A DNA stretch of 64,000 nucleotides from a bacterium (GTDB lineage: Bacteria; SZUA-182; DTGQ01; JAFGSM01), in the NCBI GenBank assembly GCA_049472335.1, contig JBLIRO010000008.1, positions 1 through 64,000 of the forward strand. Direction: 5' to 3'. The position numbers and the translations under genes were made by a program. The notes beneath the pieces were generated by a model that was given only the letters and a program-made list of their open reading frames with translations, had not been told where the DNA came from and searched no databases. How positions within the stretch are numbered: the stretch's first letter is position 1; each line of letters opens with the position of its first letter. Shown here one piece after another: positions 43,139 through 53,014 of the stretch.

Positions 43139-44677
43139 ATGCAAAAATTATTGAAAATCCTTTGGACTCTCCTATTGATTTTATTTTTACTTCCTCATCC
43201 AAGTACAGCAAAAGAAAAAAAAACAACCTCAAGAAGAGAATCACCTTCAAAAAACGATATAACTCCCCAGGCTAATAAAGCACGCTCTTTTTATGATTTA
43301 GGTGTTTTTGCCTATGAGGGTGATAATTATCAAGAGGCTGAAGGCTATCTGAAAGAAGCCGTAAAGATGGATTCCAACAATCCTTTTTATAATCATTACC
43401 TGGGGAAGGTATATCTTAAACTGGAATCTTTTCAGACAGCCAAAGATTATCTCAATAGGGCCTTGAAGATAAATCCGAAAATTCCGGAGTTGAAATATGA
43501 TTTGGCTTTTACAAATTATAAGATGGACAATTATCCAATAGCCGCAAATCTTTTTCTGGAAATAATCAAAGAAGATCCCACAAACATAATGGCATATTAT
43601 TATGCCGGGATAAATCTGTATGAACTGAAACAGTATAAAAAGGCATTAAAGTATTTTATCCATGCGGCGCATGAGAGCTCAAGCATTAAAACAAACGGTT
43701 ATTATTATATTGGGATATGTTATATGAAAACGGGAAAAATAAAAGAAGCCATTGAAAAGCTAGAATATGTTGCAAATCATGCCGCATCGGGACCCCTTAG
43801 AGAAAATGCCTTAGAATGGATTAAGGAAGCTAAAATGCAGGATGGCACATCGAAACCTTACAGTATATTTTTAAAAATAGGTTATAAATATGACGATAAT
43901 ATCCGATTTGAGGTCGAAGATTTGGATATCCATACGGAAGAAGATGCATATTTTTATTTTTCGGGCTGTTACAATATCTTTAACACGCAAAGCTATCGAA
44001 TCGATGCAGGATACAGTCACTATCAAACATGGGGATTTGATTCTGATGAGTATGGTCTTACAGGAAGTATTTTGAATCTTTATGCAGCATACCGTTTTCC
44101 TTTATTTACTTTCAGATTCGGGTATCTTCCTTGTTACTATTGGTTGGATTCTGATAGCTACCTGATGCGCCACCAGTTGAGACCCGAGATTATAAGGAGA
44201 ATTAATAGGGATCTTATTGCCAGACTCTCATTCAGTTATTATAACAACGAATATTTCCAGTATAACGAGAAGGACGGGCATACCAATGAGATCTTTTTGG
44301 ATACCTATTACACCATCCTAAAGGAGAAGGGAAACATTTGCGCAGGAGCGGGTTATGCATATAATGATTCTTCCCATCCGGATTATCGTTATAATCAATT
44401 GAAAACAAAACTGGGCCTTTCCCTGAAAATTCCCTGGGAACTGAATCTTTGTGTTACAGCGTATTATTATAATAAAGGGTTTTGTCATGACAATTCCCTG
44501 CTTGGGTTTAAACGGGACGATGACAGATATTATGGTTCAATAGCATTTTCCCGAAACATCTTTTATCCATGGCTGGATGTTATTGCCGGGTTTAGTTACA
44601 CAAAAAATGATTCCAATATAGACGAGTATGAATACAAAAGGCGAACTGCAAGTCTGTCTTTGGCTGCAAGTTATTAA
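43139..44677 (+). CDS. TPR + outer-membrane beta-barrel protein (Slam/DUF560-like architecture)
   Basis: Signal peptide; ~5 TPRs (YNHYLGKVY, AYYYAGINLY); GYKYDDNI; alternating beta strands ending YTKNDSNIDEYEYKRRTASLSLAASY. Confidence 0.8.
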   Translation: MQKLLKILWTLLLILFLLPHPSTAKEKKTTSRRESPSKNDITPQANKARSFYDLGVFAYEGDNYQEAEGYLKEAVKMDSNNPFYNHYLGKVYLKLESFQTAKDYLNRALKINPKIPELKYDLAFTNYKMDNYPIAANLFLEIIKEDPTNIMAYYYAGINLYELKQYKKALKYFIHAAHESSSIKTNGYYYIGICYMKTGKIKEAIEKLEYVANHAASGPLRENALEWIKEAKMQDGTSKPYSIFLKIGYKYDDNIRFEVEDLDIHTEEDAYFYFSGCYNIFNTQSYRIDAGYSHYQTWGFDSDEYGLTGSILNLYAAYRFPLFTFRFGYLPCYYWLDSDSYLMRHQLRPEIIRRINRDLIARLSFSYYNNEYFQYNEKDGHTNEIFLDTYYTILKEKGNICAGAGYAYNDSSHPDYRYNQLKTKLGLSLKIPWELNLCVTAYYYNKGFCHDNSLLGFKRDDDRYYGSIAFSRNIFYPWLDVIAGFSYTKNDSNIDEYEYKRRTASLSLAASY

Positions 44678-44742
44678 GTATTGCGTAAGCGGCAACAGGT
44701 TTATCGCATGTTTTATTTAAGTTGCACAATAGGAGACCAATC

Positions 44743-45705
44743 ATGAAAGCATATAGGATAAAATATATTTTTACATTACATTCCATACAGGTTCTTTTAA
44801 TGATCGGATGTCTTATTGTTTGTAATGATGTGTCTTCTAAGTCTATGCCTTCCAATTATATTAATATTGAAGAGATATGCAGGGCGAGTGACGGAACACC
44901 GCTTTCTGAAGTTCTGTTGGTTAAGGGAAGTGCAGTAATTATACGTGAAAAAATATCGCATAGCTGTTGGGCCCAAAGGGATCTTTCACTTTTCGAGAAA
45001 GACATAATTTCTACCCAGGAGAACAGCCGCCTGAGATTTGGTTATGTTGACGGAAGCTTAGTGACCCTGTCAAGCATGACAGAGTTAGAGATAACCCGGA
45101 ACATTTATGACCGGGCTGCTAAAGTGCGTTCATTGTTTTTCAATATGCATTCGGGAAAAGCCCGCTTTTATGTATGCAAACTTGAGGATTTTGAACTTTC
45201 AGAGGCAAAGGTGAAAACCAATACAGCCATTGTTGTGGCCATTGGTTCTGATTTTTTTATTGAAGGGACCGATAAACTCACCAGGGTAATTGCCCTAAAA
45301 GATACCCGATTGGAGATTATAAGCCTGGCTGCACCTGAGATTGAGCCGTCTGTAATTACGGACTTTGAACAAACAATAATAAATGAAGGCACCCTCCCCT
45401 CTGAACCGGAAAAGGTGCCTCAAAAAGAAATAGAACAGATACTGAAGGAATACCATCTTGAAGAAATGGATAGCGTTCCGCCGGAGGTAATAAAATGTGA
45501 AGACATTTTTTTCACAGAAGATAGACTTGTTGAGCCCGATCTTTTCCTAAAGCCTGGAAAAGAAGGATTGATTAGTGAACAAATGGAAGATCCGTGGATT
45601 AAAGATAAGGAGATCCCTTTGGAGACATCCGAGGTTGCCGATGAAGCCCTTCAAGATGAAAATGAAGTAGGAGTATATGTGCCTCAGTTTCCAAGGCATC
45701 CTTAG
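44743..45705 (+). CDS. FecR-domain protein
   Basis: AGGAG SD; DIISTQENSRLRFGYVDGSLVTL...GKARF...VKTNTAIVVAIGSDF. Confidence 0.85.
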   Translation: MKAYRIKYIFTLHSIQVLLMIGCLIVCNDVSSKSMPSNYINIEEICRASDGTPLSEVLLVKGSAVIIREKISHSCWAQRDLSLFEKDIISTQENSRLRFGYVDGSLVTLSSMTELEITRNIYDRAAKVRSLFFNMHSGKARFYVCKLEDFELSEAKVKTNTAIVVAIGSDFFIEGTDKLTRVIALKDTRLEIISLAAPEIEPSVITDFEQTIINEGTLPSEPEKVPQKEIEQILKEYHLEEMDSVPPEVIKCEDIFFTEDRLVEPDLFLKPGKEGLISEQMEDPWIKDKEIPLETSEVADEALQDENEVGVYVPQFPRHP

Positions 45706-45842
45706 AGATAAGACGGTTTAGGAAGATTTGTTTGGGAAAAATTTCCAGGAAAAAATCTTCAAAGAATGTCTATTATAAAAAAAGCAATTAGTTTTTAGAC
45801 AAATAAAAATTTTTAAACAAATCAAGAAATAAATAGGTTAAG

Positions 45843-48137
45843 ATGATGAAAAGGAATATCGCAATAGTTATAGTCATTGTTTTATTGATATTCGGTGGAA
45901 GCGTATTTGAAAATCTCTATGCAGTCGGATTTGAAATAGAACCACTGGAAACACCCTTAGAAACCTCGGAGGGAGGAGATATGGCAATCTTTTGGGTATC
46001 ATTGACTAATCCGCCTGACTGCCAGATAAGTTGTTTTGCGCAAGTTAATGTTTCTTCTTCAAATCCTAACGAGGGACAGATTATTTCCCCGCCATCCTAT
46101 AACCTTTTTTTTGACACAAATAACACTCAACAGCAAGTAACGGTTAAAGGCATTAATGACAATTTTCCAGACGGCAACCAGGTCTATTTTATAAAACTAA
46201 GAGGTGTCGGACCCTACCAGGACCTTACCGAAGATGTTTCAATTACCAATATTGATGATGAAGGACCTTACACCCCTCCTCCAGAAGCATTCTTAGCTGG
46301 GAACCTGATCCTGGATGAAGGCCAGGAGGGAACATATTTAGCACAAGAATCATATCCTCCTAATGTGATCGTTAGTTTTCAATGGGATTGGGAATATGAT
46401 GGTCTCAACTTTAAGCCTTCTCCGGATACCGATATGAACGAAACCCATATCTGGCTGGATCATGGTAACTATATTGTTGCTGTTAGGATAACCGATTTTC
46501 TGGGATATAGGGATATTGCCACCCTTGAGGTCACAGTCAACGATCTTGGTCCGTTAGCCGATTTTGGTTGGCGGCAAGGAGCTCCGGAAGAGGGGGATAT
46601 AGTTAACTTCGAGGATAGCTCCACATCCTATCCGGATAATATTGATGTATACATCTGGGATTTCTCCGGTTTAGGGACAAGTAATGCAATGAATCCCGAT
46701 TTTACCTTTACTAGTGATGGCAACTATACAGTGACATTAATAGTAATCGATGAAGATAACACCGAAGATACAATTTCTAAAGTTATTAACGTTGAAGACA
46801 AAGATCCGGTGCCGAATTTTAGTGCATCGCCTCTCACAGGGAAAGCCCCACTCACGATAAACTTCACGGATGAATCCTACTCCTACGATGGTATAGACAC
46901 ATATTCCTGGGATTTCGGAGATGGCAATACCTCCACAGGAAGCACATCACCTACTTACACCTATAGTGCTGTTGGGACTTACACTGTATCATTGACCGTT
47001 ACAGAGCCTGACGGTGATATGTATACAGCAATAAAGAGTCACTACATCACTGTCAGATGTACTAATAATGATGAATGCCTAACAGGGGATTATTGCCAAA
47101 AGACGATTGGGGATTGTGATGGCCAGGGGGAATGTACAGATCGGCCGACTGCATGCTCAGGGGAATGGGATCCGGTTTGTGGATGTGATGGTGAAACCTA
47201 TCCAAATGCATGCAAAGCAGCAGAAGTTGGTATAAATATTAGCTATATTGGAGAATGCAGGGATATACAGGCATTCAATCTAAATATCGATCCCAATAAG
47301 ATGAAAATAATTTCATTTGTCCACTATCCAGACGATGCTAACGCTTTAAGTGTATTTGGTGATGAAGTACGGCAAAAATATTATCAATATGAAGCACTTT
47401 TTAAGATAGGCACTTATAACCCGGAAATAGGCGATTATATAGAATACGGGGGAAATCTGATCATTAAACCAGGAAGCGGTTATTGGTGCTATGCAAGATA
47501 TGGTCTTAACATTTCTTTTAATGGTGTGCCTATAAACCCAGATGATAATATAAAAGTGGAGCTTCTTTTCGATTCAAATACGACGGACGGCTGGAACATG
47601 ATTGCTTGCCCTCATAATACCAATTACTTATGGGACAATGTGCATGTTTCTGGATGCGATCCAAGTGATCCGAATGCAAAGACCATCTCCCAATTGGCAA
47701 TTGAAAATGATTGTAATTGTATTGATAGGCGGTTGTGGAAATGGAAGAATGAAACCTATGTCTATTATGATCCCGACCCGAACAGCACATGCGGGAATGA
47801 GCCAGAAGGATATGAACGTGATTCAAATCCTTACATGAGGCCTAATGAGGGCTACTGGGTAAAGGTAAAAAAGGAGGATGTTTATCTGAGTTTCCCACCT
47901 TTGAACATGCCAAGGGTAAAGGAGTCACATCCTGATATCCTTATATCTGATGACATGACATCCCCGGAGGAAAGATCGCCGTCTGCTCCAAAAAGGCCTA
48001 CTGCTGCTGCAGTTAGTGATTCACCACCGGCGCCTTTAGGTGGCTTTAGATCTGATGGAGATGGTTTTTTAGAGACAGGAAGCGGCGGCTGTTTTATTAA
48101 CAATATACTTTTTGGCCTGCCAAGGCATACCCCTTAG
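45843..48137 (+). CDS. Secreted PKD + Kazal-like + divergent GW/GYW module protein with C-terminal GGCFI motif
   Basis: Signal peptide; PKD repeats (WDFGDG); [36 protein letters not shown]; Pro/Ser linker; GSGGCFI. Confidence 0.85.
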   Translation: MMKRNIAIVIVIVLLIFGGSVFENLYAVGFEIEPLETPLETSEGGDMAIFWVSLTNPPDCQISCFAQVNVSSSNPNEGQIISPPSYNLFFDTNNTQQQVTVKGINDNFPDGNQVYFIKLRGVGPYQDLTEDVSITNIDDEGPYTPPPEAFLAGNLILDEGQEGTYLAQESYPPNVIVSFQWDWEYDGLNFKPSPDTDMNETHIWLDHGNYIVAVRITDFLGYRDIATLEVTVNDLGPLADFGWRQGAPEEGDIVNFEDSSTSYPDNIDVYIWDFSGLGTSNAMNPDFTFTSDGNYTVTLIVIDEDNTEDTISKVINVEDKDPVPNFSASPLTGKAPLTINFTDESYSYDGIDTYSWDFGDGNTSTGSTSPTYTYSAVGTYTVSLTVTEPDGDMYTAIKSHYITVRCTNNDECLTGDYCQKTIGDCDGQGECTDRPTACSGEWDPVCGCDGETYPNACKAAEVGINISYIGECRDIQAFNLNIDPNKMKIISFVHYPDDANALSVFGDEVRQKYYQYEALFKIGTYNPEIGDYIEYGGNLIIKPGSGYWCYARYGLNISFNGVPINPDDNIKVELLFDSNTTDGWNMIACPHNTNYLWDNVHVSGCDPSDPNAKTISQLAIENDCNCIDRRLWKWKNETYVYYDPDPNSTCGNEPEGYERDSNPYMRPNEGYWVKVKKEDVYLSFPPLNMPRVKESHPDILISDDMTSPEERSPSAPKRPTAAAVSDSPPAPLGGFRSDGDGFLETGSGGCFINNILFGLPRHTP

Positions 48138-48141
48138 AAAC

Positions 48142-51100
48142 ATGACAGATTCAGAATCAAAGGATGATCCAGGCACCAGTATACATTTTGGAAATGTTCG
48201 TGGAGACTTCAGTATCACTGGCGATATTGTTGCCGGGAATAAGGTCATTATTCAAAAAATCACAAAGGATAAAGCTGAGAAGATCGTTTCACCCCCTTAT
48301 AAGTTTTTATCTTCATATGATATCTCAGACCGGTTTTTATTCTACGGACGTAGTGCACTAGTTGAAGAATTGGCGGGGCAGATCCCTCGCCAAAAGGTGC
48401 TTATCATTAATGGACAATCCGGTTCAGGGAAGACATCCTTGATCAGGGCCGGCTTGATCCCTCGATTAGCGGACAACGATTACTTTTACGTAACGTTCAG
48501 GGATTACAGCGACCCCGTAAAGCAATTGCGTGAGTACTTTATCCGGGATGACTCGTTCAGGCTGAATGGAGTAAGTTCGCTCTCTTTATTTAAAATCCTC
48601 TGGACTATCAGTCACAAACAAAAAAGTCGCCTTGTGGTAGTCCTGGATCAGTTTGAGAGGTTTTTCGTAAATGTGCCTCCTGGTTTGAGAAGACGTTTTA
48701 TTCTGGAATTTAAGGAGTGTATGGAGAGTGATCTGAGTGCCGAAGAGATGAATTTTGTCTTTTCCATCCGGGAGGATTTCTTCGGCCAGTTACTGAGGGA
48801 ATTTGAGGCCGTTCTCCCCAGTTTTTTCAATGACAGCTCCCGTTATCATCTTGAGCCTTTAAACAGAGAAGAAGCCAGGGAAGCCATTGTAACGCCGCTA
48901 AACTATATCCACAATGTCAGTTACGACCTGGAATTTGTGGATGAGATACTTTTGCCTAGTCTCATTGAGAAAATTGCCGGTGAAGAAAAGATAGAACCTC
49001 CGCACCTGCAGATTGTCTGTAATCGCCTTTATGAAGCGGCAAAGAAAAATCTAAAAGATAACAAGTTCGTTGTTATTGGCAATGAGATATACGAAGAGCT
49101 GGGGGGAACCCAGATGATTTTACAGGACTATCTGGACCATTGTGTGGAAGAGATCGTAGAGGACCGGGACCCGAAAAAATCCGATATAGTACGTTCCATG
49201 TTGAAGCTTATGGTTGAGACAACGGGCACCCGAAAATTCATTTCAATGACGGATATCAGGAATGGCTTGCCGGATGTAAAGGATTTTACACTTATAGAGA
49301 TATTTATCAAGCGATTAGAGAATGTCCGTGTCATAGAGATCCGGGGAAATGGAGAGTCAACAACCTATTCTCTTTCCCATGATCTTATGGTGAAGAAAAT
49401 CCAGGAATGGATTGATGAACGAGAAATGAACCGGAAGAGGGCCCAGGAGACACTGAAAAGGGGAATAGATGAATGGAAGAGCAATAAGACACTTCTTAAT
49501 AAGAAACAAATACACATTATCAATAAGTGGGCAGTAAAACTGAGTGAGGAAGAAAAGAAACTGTTAAAAAAAAGTCAAAAGGCATATAAAAGACGATATC
49601 TTTGTTTCAGTGGTTTGCTCATTTTCTTATTTGTTGTGGCGTATATGCTTGTATGTGAGTATTCAAAAAGGCAAAAGATATCAAACTCTCGGAAATTAGC
49701 GGCCTTTGCCGCGCAGACACTGGAAACAGATCCAACCCTTAGCTTCCGTTTAGCCGAGGCTGCTTTGAAGATTTGGCCTACCTTAAACGCTCAAAAAGCC
49801 ATTATGCCTCCACTTGAATATCCTTTGTACAATGTATTAGCGGGGCATACGGATGATGTCAATATCGTGAGATTTTCGCCCGACGGAAGGCGTATTGTAA
49901 CAGTATCTCATGACAAAACAATTCGGATATGGAATGTTGCCGATGGTAAGCAAATCCATGTACTGAAAGGGCATACTGCCTTTATCAGCACACTTGCTTT
50001 TTCCGGGGACGGAAAGCATATAGTAACTGCATCGTTTGATAAAACAGCCAGGATATGGGAGGTTCACACAGGTATGCAGGTCCAAATCCTGGAAGGACAC
50101 AAGGACTTTATCAGTTATGCTGAATTTTCACCAAACGGAGAACAGGTCGTTACGGCGTCCTGGGACAAGACAGCCCGGATCTGGGATGTCTTTACAGGAA
50201 ATGAATTGCATGCCTTGGAAGGGCATACAGAATCATTATCAAATGCCAGATTTTTACCAAGTGGTGAACAGGTCATCACTGCATCGGGTGATAACACCGT
50301 CAGATTTTGGGATGTTGATTCAAGCAAACAGATTTACATCCTTGAAGGGCACACCGCCTCGATAATCATGATTGAATTATCTTTAGATGGAAGATATATA
50401 GTTAGCACATCCCATGACAATACAGCCAGGATTTGGGATGTCACCACGGGTCAGCAAATCCATGTTCTGAGAGGGCATAGGGGCCCTGTTATGAGTGCTG
50501 CTTTTTCACCGGATGGGAGGCAGATCGTTACTGCTTCAAAAGACAATACAGCCAGAATTTGGGATTGCACCACGGGACAGCAACTCAATATCTTGAAAGG
50601 GCATACTGATCCGGTTATTCTTTCTGCGTTTTCGCCGGATGGAAATTTAATCATCACTGCATCCAGGGATAATACTGCGAGGATTTGGGATGTTGCCACA
50701 GGCCAGGAACACCATATCTTGAAAGGACATATTGCTCCTGTCGTGGGTGCTGCATTTTCTCCTGATGAGAAGCGGATCGTCACTGCTTCTGAGGATAAGT
50801 CAGCCAGGATTTGGAATGCTGCCTCCGGTCAAGAGATACATGTATTGAAAGTGCATACGGATTCAGTTTCCATGAGCATGTTTTCACCTGACGAGAAGTG
50901 TATTGTTACCGGATCTCACGATGGATTGACCCAGATTTGGGATATTGCCACCGGACAGAGATGTCATTTATTAGAAGGACATGGAGATTCCGTCTTAAGT
51001 GCCGATTTTTCGCCAGATGGGGAAAAGATAGTAACTGCATCCCGGGATAAAACAGCCAGGATTTGGTATTCTGCTACGGGCCAACAAATCCATGTATTGC

Positions 51101-51957
51101 AGGGGCATACGGACTCAGTTATAAATGCAGCATTTTCACCCAACGGCAAGCAGATCATCACTGCATCCAAGGACAGTTCGGCCAGAATTTGGGATGTTGT
51201 CTCAGGCCAGGAACGCTGCATTCTAGGTGGACATAAAGGGCCTGTTGTTAATGCCGTTTTTTCACGGGACGGAAAGCAAATCGCCACTATATCCTGGGAC
51301 AAGGTTATCATTTGGAATAATACTGCTGATACATGTCAGAAATTTCGCAATCTAAATGAAGATAGTGGGCATATTAGTAATGCTGTATTTTCTCCCAGTG
51401 GAAGATTTATAATAACCATATCTGAAGAAGATCCAAATGTTCAAATTTGGGATGTAAGGTCAGGCGAGAAGATCCATATCCTGAAAGGGCATACGGATTC
51501 AGTTATGAGCGCCATATTTTCACCGGATGGAGAAATGATTACCACTGCATCCTGGGATAAAACAGCACGAATCTGGGATGTAGACAAGGGCCAACAAATT
51601 CATATTCTTGACGGACACTGGGAAGGCCTTGAGTCTGCTATGTTTTCTCCGGACGGAAAAAGATTGGTTACTGCATCAGAGGATAAAACAGCTCAAATCT
51701 GGGATGTTGAAACAGGCCAGCAAATCCATATCCTAAAAGGACACAGGGAAGGCCTCAATTCTGCTATGTTTTCACCTGACGGGAAATGGATCATCACTGC
51801 ATCCAAGGATAAAACAGTTCGGATTTGGGTGGCTGACTATCACCAGGTTTTAAGATATATCAACAAAGATAGAATTCGGGGAAATATTCGGCACCTAACC
51901 GAGGAAGAAAAGATAAAATATGGTATCCTTGGGACTGAGAAAAGGAGGTTTGAATAA
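48142..51957 (+). CDS. NLR-like STAND (nSTAND1-type) NTPase with TM segment and 16 WD40 repeats
   Basis: PYKFLSSY...FYGR; Walker [10 protein letters not shown]; Walker [30 protein letters not shown]; hydrophobic [20 protein letters not shown]; 42-aa GH...WD repeats. Confidence 0.92.
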   Translation: MTDSESKDDPGTSIHFGNVRGDFSITGDIVAGNKVIIQKITKDKAEKIVSPPYKFLSSYDISDRFLFYGRSALVEELAGQIPRQKVLIINGQSGSGKTSLIRAGLIPRLADNDYFYVTFRDYSDPVKQLREYFIRDDSFRLNGVSSLSLFKILWTISHKQKSRLVVVLDQFERFFVNVPPGLRRRFILEFKECMESDLSAEEMNFVFSIREDFFGQLLREFEAVLPSFFNDSSRYHLEPLNREEAREAIVTPLNYIHNVSYDLEFVDEILLPSLIEKIAGEEKIEPPHLQIVCNRLYEAAKKNLKDNKFVVIGNEIYEELGGTQMILQDYLDHCVEEIVEDRDPKKSDIVRSMLKLMVETTGTRKFISMTDIRNGLPDVKDFTLIEIFIKRLENVRVIEIRGNGESTTYSLSHDLMVKKIQEWIDEREMNRKRAQETLKRGIDEWKSNKTLLNKKQIHIINKWAVKLSEEEKKLLKKSQKAYKRRYLCFSGLLIFLFVVAYMLVCEYSKRQKISNSRKLAAFAAQTLETDPTLSFRLAEAALKIWPTLNAQKAIMPPLEYPLYNVLAGHTDDVNIVRFSPDGRRIVTVSHDKTIRIWNVADGKQIHVLKGHTAFISTLAFSGDGKHIVTASFDKTARIWEVHTGMQVQILEGHKDFISYAEFSPNGEQVVTASWDKTARIWDVFTGNELHALEGHTESLSNARFLPSGEQVITASGDNTVRFWDVDSSKQIYILEGHTASIIMIELSLDGRYIVSTSHDNTARIWDVTTGQQIHVLRGHRGPVMSAAFSPDGRQIVTASKDNTARIWDCTTGQQLNILKGHTDPVILSAFSPDGNLIITASRDNTARIWDVATGQEHHILKGHIAPVVGAAFSPDEKRIVTASEDKSARIWNAASGQEIHVLKVHTDSVSMSMFSPDEKCIVTGSHDGLTQIWDIATGQRCHLLEGHGDSVLSADFSPDGEKIVTASRDKTARIWYSATGQQIHVLQGHTDSVINAAFSPNGKQIITASKDSSARIWDVVSGQERCILGGHKGPVVNAVFSRDGKQIATISWDKVIIWNNTADTCQKFRNLNEDSGHISNAVFSPSGRFIITISEEDPNVQIWDVRSGEKIHILKGHTDSVMSAIFSPDGEMITTASWDKTARIWDVDKGQQIHILDGHWEGLESAMFSPDGKRLVTASEDKTAQIWDVETGQQIHILKGHREGLNSAMFSPDGKWIITASKDKTVRIWVADYHQVLRYINKDRIRGNIRHLTEEEKIKYGILGTEKRRFE
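49837..51830 (+). repeat. Intragenic WD40 array, 16 units of ~126 nt
   Basis: LxGHxxxVxxAxFSPDGxxIVTASxDxTARIWDVxTGQ counted 16 times; units 12-13 are degenerate. Confidence 0.85.
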
Positions 51958-52460
51958 TGAGTAAAAAAAACGAATTGCATTTCGGCAATATCGGAGGCAA
52001 CTTAAATGTGGGTGGGGACATTGTCGCCGGAGATAAAATAACAACTATCGATAGCAGCACCACCAATATAAACTATGGTTTTAAAAGAAAAGAGGACAAA
52101 GAGGAGTTTGTTTATCAGATAGATGAGTTATATTCCATAATGAATCAAATAAGGTCCCAAATTGATAAAATAGAAGGTTTTGATAAGGATAAAAAGGAAA
52201 AAATCATCCAAGAAATTACAGAACATGCAAAATTTTTGAAAACGGCAAAGGAGAAAGCTGATAGTCTGACTATAGGGCAAGAAGCACCTCAAGAAAAGAC
52301 AAAAACCATAGAAGAGTGCTTGAACAGATCAGGTACCCTTATGGAAAAAATCCAAAAAATGGGTGCAAAAATCGCCAGTTTTGCTAACAAAATAGAACCG
52401 ATTATGTCTAAGGCTCTGCCAATTCTAATTAATATACGTAAATTGTTTGGCCTGCCATAG
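51957..52460 (+). CDS. Small helical protein sharing its N-terminal motif with the STAND protein (putative effector)
   Basis: TAATG stop/start overlap, AGGAGG SD; HFGNIGGNLNVGGDIVAGDK followed by charged helical sequence and amphipathic PIMSKALPILINIRKLFGLP. Confidence 0.85.
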   Translation: MSKKNELHFGNIGGNLNVGGDIVAGDKITTIDSSTTNINYGFKRKEDKEEFVYQIDELYSIMNQIRSQIDKIEGFDKDKKEKIIQEITEHAKFLKTAKEKADSLTIGQEAPQEKTKTIEECLNRSGTLMEKIQKMGAKIASFANKIEPIMSKALPILINIRKLFGLP

Positions 52461-52803
52461 ACATGACGTTGAACTGTGCATGGTTAAAATGTCATCATTT
52501 CAGAATATCAACAATTTATAGAGACAATGATTTTATTGAAAATCATTCTGGCAAAGATTTTTAAAATGTTTTTAATTTATAGCCAGATGAAGTTTTGACA
52601 AGGCACACCTGCAATTATTCTATAATCATAGGCAACAAATCTGCCTCCCAAATCCATATTTCCATTCATATTGATCTGATCAAACTTTTCAAATTCGTCC
52701 GAATGGTCTTTAACTCGTCCGTTTGGACGATTCCGGTGGTCCTGAATTTTTTTATATTTTATATTATCTCCAATTAATCAATATGTTATGCATATAATGT
52801 TAA

Positions 52804-52820
52804 TTGGTATAATTTTTGCT
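52804..52820 (+). promoter_or_regulatory. Sigma54 -24/-12 promoter
   Basis: TTGGTATAATTTTTGCT = GG-N10-GC, ~195 nt upstream of 53015. Confidence 0.6.
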
Positions 52821-53014
52821 GAGATAAGAATATTTTGGGGGCCTAACAGGCCGGTAATTTTTTGTATTATATTTATTGATAATTATTCTTGAAATTACTA
52901 ACGGATCAACATATAGATTGAATAATAACTCAAAAAAGGTTTCCTCTCCTAATGACAATCATCTCCGGAAAGTTGCTTTTGAGGAATTTCCTTATGAGGA
53001 GAGGGGGGTGGTGA

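Noticed and set aside
49837..51830. Diversity-generating retroelement acting on the repeats
   Set aside because: No reverse transcriptase and no TR/VR pair with adenine-specific differences seen.
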